This document shows, piece by piece, positions 1-9,196 of a stretch of 64,000 bases of DNA. A model generated the notes under the pieces. That model worked only from the letters and a program-made list of their open reading frames with translations, had not been told where the DNA came from and searched no databases. The position numbers were made by a program, and so were the translations under genes. The DNA comes from Acidobacteriota bacterium (lineage in GTDB: Bacteria; Acidobacteriota; Vicinamibacteria; Fen-336): contig JAQBHI010000049.1 of the NCBI GenBank assembly GCA_032127875.1, positions 40,150 through 104,149 on the forward strand, read 5' to 3'. The number at the start of each line of letters is the position of its first letter. Position 1 is the first letter of the stretch.

Positions 1-473
1 TGCGGTCGCGCCATGACGTCTCGGCGACCGACGCGTCACCCGCCGCCATTGCCGCGGTGCGCCGTCTCGCCGCCACTCTCGCACCGCATCTGCCCCCGGA
101 GAACTTCCGTACGGAGCCGGTGGAGCGCATGTCGTTCCCGGACGCGTTCGCCGACGTCGTCATCAGCAGCGCCGTCCTCCACTTCGCGAGCGATGACGTG
201 CAGTTCGAGGCGATGCTGCACGAGATGTGGCGCGTCCTCGCGCCTGGCGGGTTCCTGTTCGCCCGCTTGGCCTCCACCATCGGCATGGAGCGGCGCGTGA
301 GGCACATCGAGGGACGGCGGTTTCACCTGCCCGACGGCAGCGAACGCTACCTGGTCGACGAAACCATGCTGGCCGACCTCGCCCGACGCCTCGGCGGCGA
401 TCTGCTGGACCCGCTCAAGACCACCGTGGTACAGGATCAACGCGCGATGACCACTTGGGTGCTCCGCAAGTAA
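1..473 (+). CDS. Class I SAM-dependent methyltransferase, C-terminal part (5' end lies outside the window)
   Basis: The frame is open from the window edge. Methyltransf_11-like C-terminus (VVISSAVLHFASDD ... WRVLAPGGFLF). Stop TAA at 471-473. Confidence 0.6.
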   Translation, partial: RSRHDVSATDASPAAIAAVRRLAATLAPHLPPENFRTEPVERMSFPDAFADVVISSAVLHFASDDVQFEAMLHEMWRVLAPGGFLFARLASTIGMERRVRHIEGRRFHLPDGSERYLVDETMLADLARRLGGDLLDPLKTTVVQDQRAMTTWVLRK

Positions 474-590
474 CCAGATGCGACCATGCGGTCTCGGAAA
501 CTGCCGGTCCACAAGCCCCAGCTGCGGCGTGAACGGCAAGGAGCGAACGGCGAAAGCGGACAGATCACTCGTCAAAAAACAACGGTCAAA

Positions 591-1340
591 TCACTTGTCA
601 ACGACAGCAGCCGACGCGCCGGAGGCGGGACGCAGGCTGCGGTACAGGACGATCATCTCCGCGGGCCGGCCCGCCCCCACGACCCTCCCCTGGTCCAGGA
701 CGATGAGACGATCGCAGAGCGCTTCGAGCAGTGTCGTCTCGTGGCTCACGAACAAGGCCGTGTCGCCACGCTGGCGCCGGCGCTTCAGCTCCGCCAGGCA
801 ACGCTCCCGAAAGGCCTCGTCGCCGACAGCCAGCGCCTCGTCGATCAGCAGGATGGGCGCCTCGGCGCGCAGCGCGACCGTGAAGGCGAGCCGCATCTTC
901 ATGCCCGTGGAGAGGTTCTCGAGACGTGCGTCCGTGAAGCGTTCGAGACCGGCCCCCGCCACGATCTCCGCCGCCTCCGCCACCAGCTTTCGGCGGGGGA
1001 TGCCGAGTACCACCCCGTACAGCAGCACGTTGTCCAGAACGCTCAATGTCCCGTGAAATCCCACCCCCAGCTCCAGGATTGGAGCCACGCGTCCACTGAC
1101 GACCACCGACCCGGCAGTGGGCGGGTAGATGCCCGCCACGATCCGGATCAGCGTCGATTTGCCCGAGCCGTTCTTGCCGAGCACGCCGACGAACTCGCCA
1201 CCTTCGACGCGCAGCGAGACGTCACTGAGGGCGTAGAGCGTCTCGTAGGTGAAGCGGCCCTCGACGAGCCAGCGGCTGAAGCTGCGGCGCCTCTGGTGCG
1301 GGATACGGAACAGCTTCGACAGCCCCGTGACCTCGATCAC
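591..1340 (-). CDS. ABC transporter ATP-binding protein, polysaccharide/O-antigen exporter type (Wzt/KpsT/TagH-like)
   Basis: Walker A GKNGSGKST, ABC signature LSTGMKMRL, Walker B ILLIDE. GTG start overlaps the stop of the upstream permease (GTGA). Confidence 0.85.
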   Translation of the reverse strand: MIEVTGLSKLFRIPHQRRRSFSRWLVEGRFTYETLYALSDVSLRVEGGEFVGVLGKNGSGKSTLIRIVAGIYPPTAGSVVVSGRVAPILELGVGFHGTLSVLDNVLLYGVVLGIPRRKLVAEAAEIVAGAGLERFTDARLENLSTGMKMRLAFTVALRAEAPILLIDEALAVGDEAFRERCLAELKRRRQRGDTALFVSHETTLLEALCDRLIVLDQGRVVGAGRPAEMIVLYRSLRPASGASAAVVDK

Positions 1341-2101
1341 AGCGTCTCCGGGATCAGCCGCTGACGCCGCACGAACGCGTACAGGCCGAGTGCGAACACC
1401 CCCACGCAGAACACCACCGTGAGCACGATGAAGCGCGTGGCCGGGAAGAAGCTGGCGGTCAGGAACCAGCGGATCAGAAAAAGACAGCGCGCGATGGGGT
1501 TCAGGTACAACACTTCAGCCATGGCGTCGGAGTGAACGGGATAGACGACCGGCGTCAACCAGAAAAGCGCCTGAAGAGCCGTGTGCCAAATGAGACCCGT
1601 GTCGCGAAAATCGACGTAGGCGAGGGCAACCAAGAAACCGATCCCCGCCGCCAGCAGGCCGAGGCACATGATCGGCAGGATCGCCAAGGGTGCGAGCGGC
1701 GACAACACGCCCCCGACCGCGAGGACCAGCACCAGCAGCAGGCTGTTGATGGCGAGGGTGATGAATGTGGAGAACATGCCCGAGGCGACCACCACTACGG
1801 CGGGCAGGGGCACCGCCTTCAGGATTCCCGTCTTGCGGGTGAGCGCATCGAGCCCCGAGAACGTGCAGTCCTGGAAGAACGTCCAGAACACGACCCCCAC
1901 GAGAACGTAGATCTCGAAGCCCCGACCGCCGATACCCAGGATCTTGCGGAAGACGGTGAGGTAAATCCCCAGCATCACCAGCGGGCTCAACAGGCCCCAG
2001 GCATAGCCCAGGGCCGAGTCGTTGTATTTGAGGCGGAAATCGCTGACCGCCACCTCGCGCACGATGTCGAGAAGGCGCGCGCGATCACGCCAGGGATGCA
2101 T
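1337..2101 (-). CDS. ABC-2 type transporter permease (Wzm/KpsM-like)
   Basis: Polytopic membrane protein with the typical ABC-2 N-terminus (VAVSDFRLKYNDSALGYAWGLLSPL). I place the start at the internal ATG 2099-2101, 13 nt after the upstream GT4 stop. The ORF-track start at 2356 is an antisense/alternate-frame extension. Confidence 0.8.
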   Translation of the reverse strand: MHPWRDRARLLDIVREVAVSDFRLKYNDSALGYAWGLLSPLVMLGIYLTVFRKILGIGGRGFEIYVLVGVVFWTFFQDCTFSGLDALTRKTGILKAVPLPAVVVVASGMFSTFITLAINSLLLVLVLAVGGVLSPLAPLAILPIMCLGLLAAGIGFLVALAYVDFRDTGLIWHTALQALFWLTPVVYPVHSDAMAEVLYLNPIARCLFLIRWFLTASFFPATRFIVLTVVFCVGVFALGLYAFVRRQRLIPETL

Positions 2102-3227
2102 ACAGGGACTCCATCGCGCGGGCGTACTGAGCGCGCGTGTATCGTACCGCCACGCGGCTGCGTCCGGCCGCTGCCAGCCGATCTCGTAACTCCCGGTCGC
2201 CGAGCAAACGCACGACCGCCTTCGCCAGCGAGGCCGGGTCGCCGGTCCGGAAATGAAGGCCGCTGCGCCCGTCTTCCACGATCTCGGCAGGCCCCCCGGA
2301 GTCCGACACGGCCACGGCGACGCCCGCAGCCATGGCTTCGACGACGACGAGTCCAAACGGCTCCCGGAGCGAGGGGCAGACCACCACGTCGCAGGCGGCC
2401 ATCACCGCGGCGATGTCCGGAACGAAGCCGGTGACGTGCACGCTCGCCTCGAGGCCGAGCTTCTGCCGCAGCCTCAGGACGCCGTCCCTGACCCGGCTCA
2501 CGTGGGGCAGCACGCCGGCATTCAGAGCCCCTCCAACGATCGCGAAGGCCACCTCGGGGAGGCTCGTCTGGATCTCGCGCGCTGCCAGGAGGAAGGTTGC
2601 GTGGCCCTTCATCGCGTCGAAGCGGGCGAACATCGCGACGAGCGGCACGGCCTCGGGGATGCCCAGGCGGAGCCGCACCGCGCGCGACCCCTCGCTGGGA
2701 GCGGCGGGATCGATCCCGACCGGGACCACCTGCGTGCGGGCGGTCAGCTCCGGTGCAAACGCCGCGATTTCGGCGCGCTGCGCCTCCGAGAAGGCAAGCA
2801 CCCGGGCCACAAGGCGGCGTGCCGCCATCCGCCACACAAAGCGTCGCGGCGCCTCGCCAAGATAGTTCACCTGGTAGACGAGCCTCGCTCCCGCGCGAGC
2901 AGCAGGAACGGCGAGCAGCAGCCCGAGCGGATCGGACACATGCAAGAGATGGACGCCTCGCTCCAGCACCAGCTTCCGGAGCCGAAGAGCGACCCGCGCG
3001 TGGCGAAGCCACACCCAGGGGGCCGCCAGGTGCCAAAGCGAGCGAGCCGAAAACCGGATCACGAGGGACTCGACGCCGGCCTCGCGCAAGCTGGCCACGA
3101 GCGGGCCATCGCTCGCGAGCACCACGAGAGGTCGAAACCGCGAGGTGTCGAGGCCGGCGAGCAGATGCAGCAGGGCGTTCTCGGCCCCGCCCAGTTCCGC
3201 GTACAGGTTCAGGTAGAGCACCGACAT
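2085..3227 (-). CDS. Glycosyltransferase family 4 (GT-B fold)
   Basis: N-terminus LYLNLYAELGGAENAL and C-terminal GT1/GT4 donor-binding region (EPFGLVVVEAMAAGVAV). Start taken at ATG 3227. Alternative upstream starts exist at 3257 and 3338. Confidence 0.8.
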   Translation of the reverse strand: MSVLYLNLYAELGGAENALLHLLAGLDTSRFRPLVVLASDGPLVASLREAGVESLVIRFSARSLWHLAAPWVWLRHARVALRLRKLVLERGVHLLHVSDPLGLLLAVPAARAGARLVYQVNYLGEAPRRFVWRMAARRLVARVLAFSEAQRAEIAAFAPELTARTQVVPVGIDPAAPSEGSRAVRLRLGIPEAVPLVAMFARFDAMKGHATFLLAAREIQTSLPEVAFAIVGGALNAGVLPHVSRVRDGVLRLRQKLGLEASVHVTGFVPDIAAVMAACDVVVCPSLREPFGLVVVEAMAAGVAVAVSDSGGPAEIVEDGRSGLHFRTGDPASLAKAVVRLLGDRELRDRLAAAGRSRVAVRYTRAQYARAMESLYASLA

Positions 3228-3288
3228 TGTTTCGCGGGGGCTCGCGCTCTCGTTCATCGGAGCATGCAGTCCGGGCACCCGCCCGAGT

Positions 3289-3987
3289 CTATACAGCCTC
3301 GGACGAGGCTGGCCACACCCGGCGGACGATACGCTCACGGTGGCCGGTCACCGCGACCGCGGCCACATAGCCTGGGCCGACAGGCAGGTCCGCTACTGCC
3401 AGACTCGTGATGCGCCGAAAGCCAGGGGGCCAGTCTTCGATCCCGACCTCGATCTTGTCCAGCCCATGCCCGATCCCCACGCCCAGCGCCTTCAGGCAGG
3501 CTTCCTTGCGGACCCAGCAGCGAAAGAAGGCTGTGGCCCGAGCTGTTTCTGGAAGGGCACGAAGCGCTTCCGCCTCTTTCGTGGCGAAGAAACGGTTGGC
3601 GATCGCCGTACTGTCACGGCCTGCGCAGACCCTCTCGATGTCCACTCCCGGCTCGTCGCGGCAGGTGAATGCGAGCAGGGCCCGGTCACCCGAGTGAGAG
3701 ACGTTGAAGCAAAGCTCGCCGGCGCCAGTCCTGTCCAGGACCGGCTTCCCGTGCGGCCCCTGCGCAAACAAAATGGACTGAGCCGAGGCTCCGAGGTAGC
3801 GGGCGAGAAGCGCGCGGAGCGCGCCGCGCACGACCACGAAGCGTCGGCGCGGTTCGTCGGACCGAAACGCCGCGGCTCGTTCCAGCTCGTCAACCGAGAG
3901 GCGAGCCGCGGCAGCTGCGGCGACATCGCCCAGGGCCACATCCCAGACGTGTACATCGCGTCCCTCGGGCCGGGCGAGGCCGCTCAC
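3289..3987 (-). CDS. 4'-phosphopantetheinyl transferase (Sfp-type)
   Basis: PPTase motifs (GKPVL, FNVSHSGD, WVRKEACLKALG). GTG start overlaps the stop of the NRPS-like gene (GTGA coupling). Confidence 0.75.
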   Translation of the reverse strand: MSGLARPEGRDVHVWDVALGDVAAAAAARLSVDELERAAAFRSDEPRRRFVVVRGALRALLARYLGASAQSILFAQGPHGKPVLDRTGAGELCFNVSHSGDRALLAFTCRDEPGVDIERVCAGRDSTAIANRFFATKEAEALRALPETARATAFFRCWVRKEACLKALGVGIGHGLDKIEVGIEDWPPGFRRITSLAVADLPVGPGYVAAVAVTGHRERIVRRVWPASSEAV

Positions 3988-6512
3988 GCGGAGGCTCCCA
4001 GGCCGGCGAGGAGAGCCTCGATCCGGGTGGCCACGGCGTCGACCGCTGGCTCCTGCAACAACTCCGCGTGGCCCGCGCCGATTCGTTCGACGCGGACGCC
4101 GCCTCGCGTCAGCCGGCGCAGCGCGTGCTCGGCCTCCTCAGCTGCCTCCGGTGGACCCTGGCCTGCAAGGAACAGCGCGAGACGAGCTTCGACGGGGCGG
4201 GGCCGGTAGCGGCGCAGCGCGCGCCGATTCGCTTGCATCAGGGGCGCTTCCACTGGCGAAATGGGCGGCCCTGGCTCGTTGCGGTGCAGCCGATTCGCGA
4301 GCGCGCTGAGAGCGACCCTGAGACGATCCTGCGGCCGGCGCCGGGCACCCAGGGGCAGCGGCGGTGGATCGAGCAGGACCAACAGGCTCACCTCCTGTCC
4401 GCCATGTTCGAGTTGGCGCGCCATCTCCAGAGCTACGGCGGACCCCATGCAGAATCCCCCCAGCAGATACGGCCCCAGTGGCTGGCGTCGCTGCAGGGCA
4501 CGGACGTAGTGAGCGGCGAGACCTGGCACGTCGGTGAGGGGCGGCTCAGCGCCGTCGAAGCCAGGCGCCTGCAGGCCGAAGAATGGCCGGCCCTCGAGTC
4601 GGCTGGCCAGTTTGGAAAGAAACATCACGCCCCCGCCCAGCCCGTGGACGAAGAAGAGAGGCTGGCCTGCGCCACGCGCCCGCAGTGGCACGAGCGGGCC
4701 CCACGCAGCACCTTCGGTCGTGCCGACGTGTTCGGCGAGCGCCCCGGCGCTGGGCGCGTCGAAGAGCACGCTGACCGGGAGGCTCACGCCGAGACGTTCG
4801 TGGAGCCTCGCCATCAGCTGCGCCGCCGCAACCGAGTCTCCTCCGAGCTCGAAGAAGTCGTCCTCTGCCGAGACACGCTGTACGCCAAGTACGTTCGCGA
4901 GCTGCTCGGCTATCGCCCGCTCCAACACCGACGCGGTTGAAGACGCGGCCGACTCGGGGCCCGCTTGCACGGCAGGGCGAGCGTCGCTCGTCAAGCCCAG
5001 CATCGCCGCGAGTCCGTTGCGCGGCACTTTACCCGAGGCATTCCGCGGCAGCGCGTCCCGGAAGACGATTTTCGACGGCACCTTGACCGCCGCAAGACGT
5101 GCCGCGACGAAGGCCCGCAAGGTCGCCGCCACGACGGCAGCACTCGGACGCAAGACCACGACGGCAGCCAGATCCTCCCCGAGGCGAGGATGGGCCACTC
5201 CGAAGGCGGCGGCTTCGGCCACGTCGGGGTGCGCAAGCAGCGCCTCGTCGACCTCGCCTGGCGAGATCTTCTCTCCACCGCGATTCACCTGCTCCTTGAG
5301 CCGGCCAGTGATCCAGAGGTCGCCATCGGCATCGAGCCGCCCAAGGTCCCCCGTCCGGAGCCAGTGCCCGAAAAAGGCTCCGCTCGTAGCTTCTGGATCC
5401 CCGTCGTAGCCGGCCATCACGCCCGGCCCCTCGACCACGATCTCGCCGACCAAGCCCGTCGGCAAAGGCCGGCCGGAGGCGTCGACGATCGCTAGCGAGG
5501 GCCCGACGGATCGGCCTACGCTACCGGGCTTGCGGCCCGCGTGCTTTTCGGTCACTGCGGTGACGAGCCCGGCCTCGGTGAGGGCGTAAGCCTCCAGGAC
5601 CGGCACGCCGAAAAGGGCCTCTACGCGTTCCTTTAGCGAGCTCGGCAGGGGGGCAGCTGCGGAGCGCACGAAACGCAGCGGCGCGCGATGGCGCAGCTCT
5701 TCGGGGTCGCCGGCACGATCCAGGATCGCCTGGTAAACGGCCGGTGAGGCGCCGAAATAGGTGGGCATCGCCTCTTGAAACCAGCGGCGGAAACGCTCGG
5801 CGGCGAAGCCCGGTGACACGAAGATGCTGCTTCCCGAAACGAGTGGGAACGCGAGAGTGTGGTAGAGAGCGGCCAGATGGAAGAGCGGCGAGACCGTGAA
5901 GCCCCTGTCGTCAGCCGTTAGCCCCCACACGCGGCAGGCGTCCCTGCCGGCTCCGCAGAACTGAGCATGCGTGATCCGCACGCGCCGCGGCTCACCGGCC
6001 GTGCCGGACGTGCACAACACGAAGGCGGCGTCGGCCGGCGACGCGGCCGACACCGCGGCGAGACCACCTGGATCACCTCGCCCATGCAGGTCGAAGAGAC
6101 CCGCAGGCCCGCTCGGGCGCGATTCGAGCTCGAGCACTTCAATCCCGAGCTCGCGCGCCGCCGCAGCCGCCGGCACGCTGCTGCGCTGGGGCACGGCGAT
6201 GGCACGGGCGCCCAGGCCGCTCAAGACCTGGCGGGCTTCGTGAAGCGGCAGCCCGATGGGAAGGGGCGCCGCGATGGCCACAGCGGTGACCGACAGAAGG
6301 GCTGTGACGGTCGCTGCCTCGTCCGGAAGCGCCAGCGCAATCCGGTCTTCTCGACCAAAGCCCCGCCCAGCCAGCAGGCCGGACACCCTCTCGACGTGAC
6401 CTGCCAGCTCGCCGTAGGTGAGAGGCGGTTGGCTCGGGGCCCTCAGGGCCTCGGCACGCGGCCGCTCGCGCGCGTGCTGCTCCAGAAGCCGAACGAGGGT
6501 GTTCCCGTACAT
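3984..6512 (-). CDS. NRPS-like tridomain protein: adenylation (AMP-binding) - peptidyl carrier protein - thioesterase
   Basis: A-domain cores LTYGEL, TSGTAGEPRRV, YALTE, LRTGDLGRLDADGDL, GRLKEQVNRGGEKISPGEVDEAL and PRNASGKVPR. PCP motif FFELGGDSV. Alpha/beta-hydrolase TE domain (FFVHGLGGGV ... LLGGFCMGSAVA ... GAGHAEL). 842 aa, ATG start at 6512. Confidence 0.85.
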   Translation of the reverse strand: MYGNTLVRLLEQHARERPRAEALRAPSQPPLTYGELAGHVERVSGLLAGRGFGREDRIALALPDEAATVTALLSVTAVAIAAPLPIGLPLHEARQVLSGLGARAIAVPQRSSVPAAAAARELGIEVLELESRPSGPAGLFDLHGRGDPGGLAAVSAASPADAAFVLCTSGTAGEPRRVRITHAQFCGAGRDACRVWGLTADDRGFTVSPLFHLAALYHTLAFPLVSGSSIFVSPGFAAERFRRWFQEAMPTYFGASPAVYQAILDRAGDPEELRHRAPLRFVRSAAAPLPSSLKERVEALFGVPVLEAYALTEAGLVTAVTEKHAGRKPGSVGRSVGPSLAIVDASGRPLPTGLVGEIVVEGPGVMAGYDGDPEATSGAFFGHWLRTGDLGRLDADGDLWITGRLKEQVNRGGEKISPGEVDEALLAHPDVAEAAAFGVAHPRLGEDLAAVVVLRPSAAVVAATLRAFVAARLAAVKVPSKIVFRDALPRNASGKVPRNGLAAMLGLTSDARPAVQAGPESAASSTASVLERAIAEQLANVLGVQRVSAEDDFFELGGDSVAAAQLMARLHERLGVSLPVSVLFDAPSAGALAEHVGTTEGAAWGPLVPLRARGAGQPLFFVHGLGGGVMFLSKLASRLEGRPFFGLQAPGFDGAEPPLTDVPGLAAHYVRALQRRQPLGPYLLGGFCMGSAVALEMARQLEHGGQEVSLLVLLDPPPLPLGARRRPQDRLRVALSALANRLHRNEPGPPISPVEAPLMQANRRALRRYRPRPVEARLALFLAGQGPPEAAEEAEHALRRLTRGGVRVERIGAGHAELLQEPAVDAVATRIEALLAGLGASA

Positions 6513-6590
6513 CCGCGTTCAGTCTACGCGGGCGGCGAGCGGCGGTGCAACGACCGCGCGGCTGAGCTGCCGCTACTAGAATGAGAGCGC

Positions 6591-8189
6591 GTGAGCCCGC
6601 TCCTTCGGCCCGAGCAACGACAGCATCTCGTCGCGCGCAGCTACCGCGTGCTCTCGGCTACGGTCGGTGGAGGGCCCGCACGGCGAATTGCCCGCCTGCA
6701 CCCGGCCCTCGACGAGGAAGCGGCCTATCAAGGCTGGCGCCGGGCGCAGAGGCAGGTCGCAATCGACTCCCCCACCCCGGCCCCGCCTCAGAATAGACCC
6801 CTCATCAGCGTCGTCATGCCGATCTTCGACGCGCCGGAGCGATTCCTGCGTGAGGCGATCGGGTCGCTGATCGAGCAGTCGTACCCGGAATGGGAGCTGT
6901 GTGCGGCCGACGGCGGCCCGGGCGGATCCGCTGGGAGCCGCGTCCTGCAGGAGTGGGCCCGGGTGGATCGTCGCGTCCGCGTCGTCGCGGTCGGCGAGAA
7001 CCGCGGCATCGCCGGCAACTCGAACGCGGCCCTTCGAATGGCACGCGGCGAGTTCGTCGCCCTGCTGGATCAGGACGACCTGCTGGAGCCCGACGCACTT
7101 CTGGCCCTGGTCGCGAGGCTCGACGAGGAACCGGGGCTCGACCTCCTCTACTCCGACACGGACAACGTGACGCCCTGGGGCGACCTCTACGCTCCCTTCT
7201 TCAAGCCAGACTGGTCCCCGGAACTACTCCTCTCCGCAAACTATCTCGCGCACCTGACTCTCGTGCGGCGCTCCGCGCTCGAGGCTGTCGGCAGCTTCGA
7301 CCAGAGCCTGGACGGCGCTCAGGACTGGGACCTGCTGCTGCGCGTCACCAAGAAGACCTCTCGGATTGCCCACGTGCCTCGGATCCTCTACCACTGGCGG
7401 TCGCTCCCGACCTCGTGCGCCTCGAGCCTGGATGCCAAACCCTATGCCCGCGAGGCGCAGCGGCGGGCGGTACAGGCTCACCTGGCAAGGGGCGGTCTCG
7501 CCGCCAGCGTGGAAGTCGCCGCGACCGGCCGGGTGCGGGTCGAACTACAGATGAAGGAACTGCCGAGCGTCACGCTCGTCCTGGCCAAGGGCGTCGCGCG
7601 CGCCCACGCCATGAGCTTCGCGGCCAGCGGCTTTCGCGGCCTCGACGTCGCCGAGCACGCGCGAGACGCGCGGGGCGAAGTGCTGGTGATCTGGGATCCC
7701 GGTTTCGAGCCCGACGACGAGGCCTGGGCCCGTGACCTCGCTGCCTGGGCGCTCGACCCCGAGATTGGCGCCGCAGGGGGGCTGGCGGTGGACAAGGACG
7801 GCCGCGTGGATTCCATCGGCTACGTGGCGAACGAGGGTATCGCCACGCCCGTTTTCGCCGGTGCTCAGGCCGATGCATGGACGCCCCTGGGTAGAGCGGA
7901 CTGGTACCGCAACCTGCTGGCGCCGTCGCCGCGCGCGTTTGCCACACGGCGGGAGATCTGCGAGCGCCTGGGCAGCCTGGAGGCATCACCGCAAGGGATC
8001 CTGGACTATGGAGTGAGATTGCGACGCGCCGGGCTGCGCACCATGGTCGTGCCGACGGCCCGGCTGGTTCGCTGTGGGCCGGCGAGCGCGTTGCCTGCGG
8101 TGCGCGGGGACTCCCTCGCGGGAACCGACCCTTGCTTCAACCCCAACCTCGCGCCGTCGTCGACGCTGCCTCGCCCTCGCGAAGACTAG
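6591..8189 (+). CDS. Glycosyltransferase family 2 (GT-A) with long C-terminal extension
   Basis: GT2 core ISVVMPIFDAPERFLREAIGSLIEQSY ... LDQDDLLEPDAL (DXD). GTG start. Divergent from the NRPS-like gene. Confidence 0.75.
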   Translation: MSPLLRPEQRQHLVARSYRVLSATVGGGPARRIARLHPALDEEAAYQGWRRAQRQVAIDSPTPAPPQNRPLISVVMPIFDAPERFLREAIGSLIEQSYPEWELCAADGGPGGSAGSRVLQEWARVDRRVRVVAVGENRGIAGNSNAALRMARGEFVALLDQDDLLEPDALLALVARLDEEPGLDLLYSDTDNVTPWGDLYAPFFKPDWSPELLLSANYLAHLTLVRRSALEAVGSFDQSLDGAQDWDLLLRVTKKTSRIAHVPRILYHWRSLPTSCASSLDAKPYAREAQRRAVQAHLARGGLAASVEVAATGRVRVELQMKELPSVTLVLAKGVARAHAMSFAASGFRGLDVAEHARDARGEVLVIWDPGFEPDDEAWARDLAAWALDPEIGAAGGLAVDKDGRVDSIGYVANEGIATPVFAGAQADAWTPLGRADWYRNLLAPSPRAFATRREICERLGSLEASPQGILDYGVRLRRAGLRTMVVPTARLVRCGPASALPAVRGDSLAGTDPCFNPNLAPSSTLPRPRED

Positions 8190-9196
8190 GCAATCACCGG
8201 CGGCAGGTCGCCGATCGGCAGTCCCGCCAACTCGCGCAGCGCGCGCGCCACCTCGATGCGGACCATGCGCTTGCGCCAGGCGTACACGAGGTCCGCGTTG
8301 TCGAGGGGCTTCGCTGGCTTGTAGGCAATGCCGGCAGCCATCTCGATCGCTTCGGCGTCGAGAATGCGGCCTTGCAGGAAGCTCTCGGCCCCCGTCGCCT
8401 CGACGGGATGGGTGTGCACAGCGCCGAGAACGATGCGCGATTCTTCCACGACGCTGCCCGGCCCCAGCCTGACTGCGGCGGCGACACCGACGATCGGGAA
8501 ATCGATCGAGCCGCGACGCCGGAGCTTGCGATAGGTCGCCTTCCAGCCGGCGCAGTCCGGCACGTGAATCTGCGTCAGGATTTCCTCGGGTCGCTTGGTG
8601 AGGTAGTGGATGCCGTCCGGGCCGTAGAGCGCGCTCACGGGAATGCGGCGCTCGCCGCTGGTACCGACCAGAGTCACTTCGGCGCCGAGCGTGATCATCA
8701 CCGGCGCCGTGTCGGAGGACGAAAGCGCCCAGCAGATCGACGAGCCCGGGGCAACCAGGCAGATGTCGCCATCCTTCTTCATGCAATAGCCGATCGAGGC
8801 GCGCCAGAACTCAGACTGGTTGTAGTAGTTGCAGCGCGTGTCGACGCACAGGTTGCCGCCGATGGTGCCGGCGTTGCGCAGCGGCGGCGAAGAAACCAGG
8901 CCTGCCGAGCGTGCGATCGACGGCCAGCGGCTTCGGATCGCCGGATGCTCCGCGACGGCCGTGAGCGTCGCCAGCGCCCCCAGCTGGAGGCCGCCGTTGG
9001 CGTGGATCGCGCCCGCGCCCTCGAGTTTGCGAACACTGACGAGAAGCTTTGGCGTGAACTGCTTCCGCTTCATGTTCGGGTAGAGATCGGTGCCGCCCGC
9101 AACGACCATCGCATCGGGACCGTGGTCGGCCAGGATCTGCGCTGCCTCGCGCGCCGTCTTCGGGGCGACGAAGCGAAACGCCGGCAGTCTCATCAT
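8186..9196 (-). CDS. Molybdenum hydroxylase FAD-binding medium subunit with Cys-rich insertion (HcrB/CoxM-like)
   Basis: FAD_binding_5 N-terminus (MMRLPAFRFVAPKT ... VVAGGTDLY) and CO_deh_flav_C region. Insertion CVDTRCNYYNQSEFWRASIGYCMKKDGDICLVAPGSSIC. The ATGATG start at 9191-9196 overlaps the large-subunit stop. Confidence 0.8.
   Translation of the reverse strand: MMRLPAFRFVAPKTAREAAQILADHGPDAMVVAGGTDLYPNMKRKQFTPKLLVSVRKLEGAGAIHANGGLQLGALATLTAVAEHPAIRSRWPSIARSAGLVSSPPLRNAGTIGGNLCVDTRCNYYNQSEFWRASIGYCMKKDGDICLVAPGSSICWALSSSDTAPVMITLGAEVTLVGTSGERRIPVSALYGPDGIHYLTKRPEEILTQIHVPDCAGWKATYRKLRRRGSIDFPIVGVAAAVRLGPGSVVEESRIVLGAVHTHPVEATGAESFLQGRILDAEAIEMAAGIAYKPAKPLDNADLVYAWRKRMVRIEVARALRELAGLPIGDLPPVIA

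Noticed and set aside
1532-3410. Plus-strand ORFs 1532..2434, 2253..3410 and 2597..3370
   Set aside because: They are antisense to the well-supported GT4 and ABC permease genes, with low-complexity R/P/G-rich sequence.
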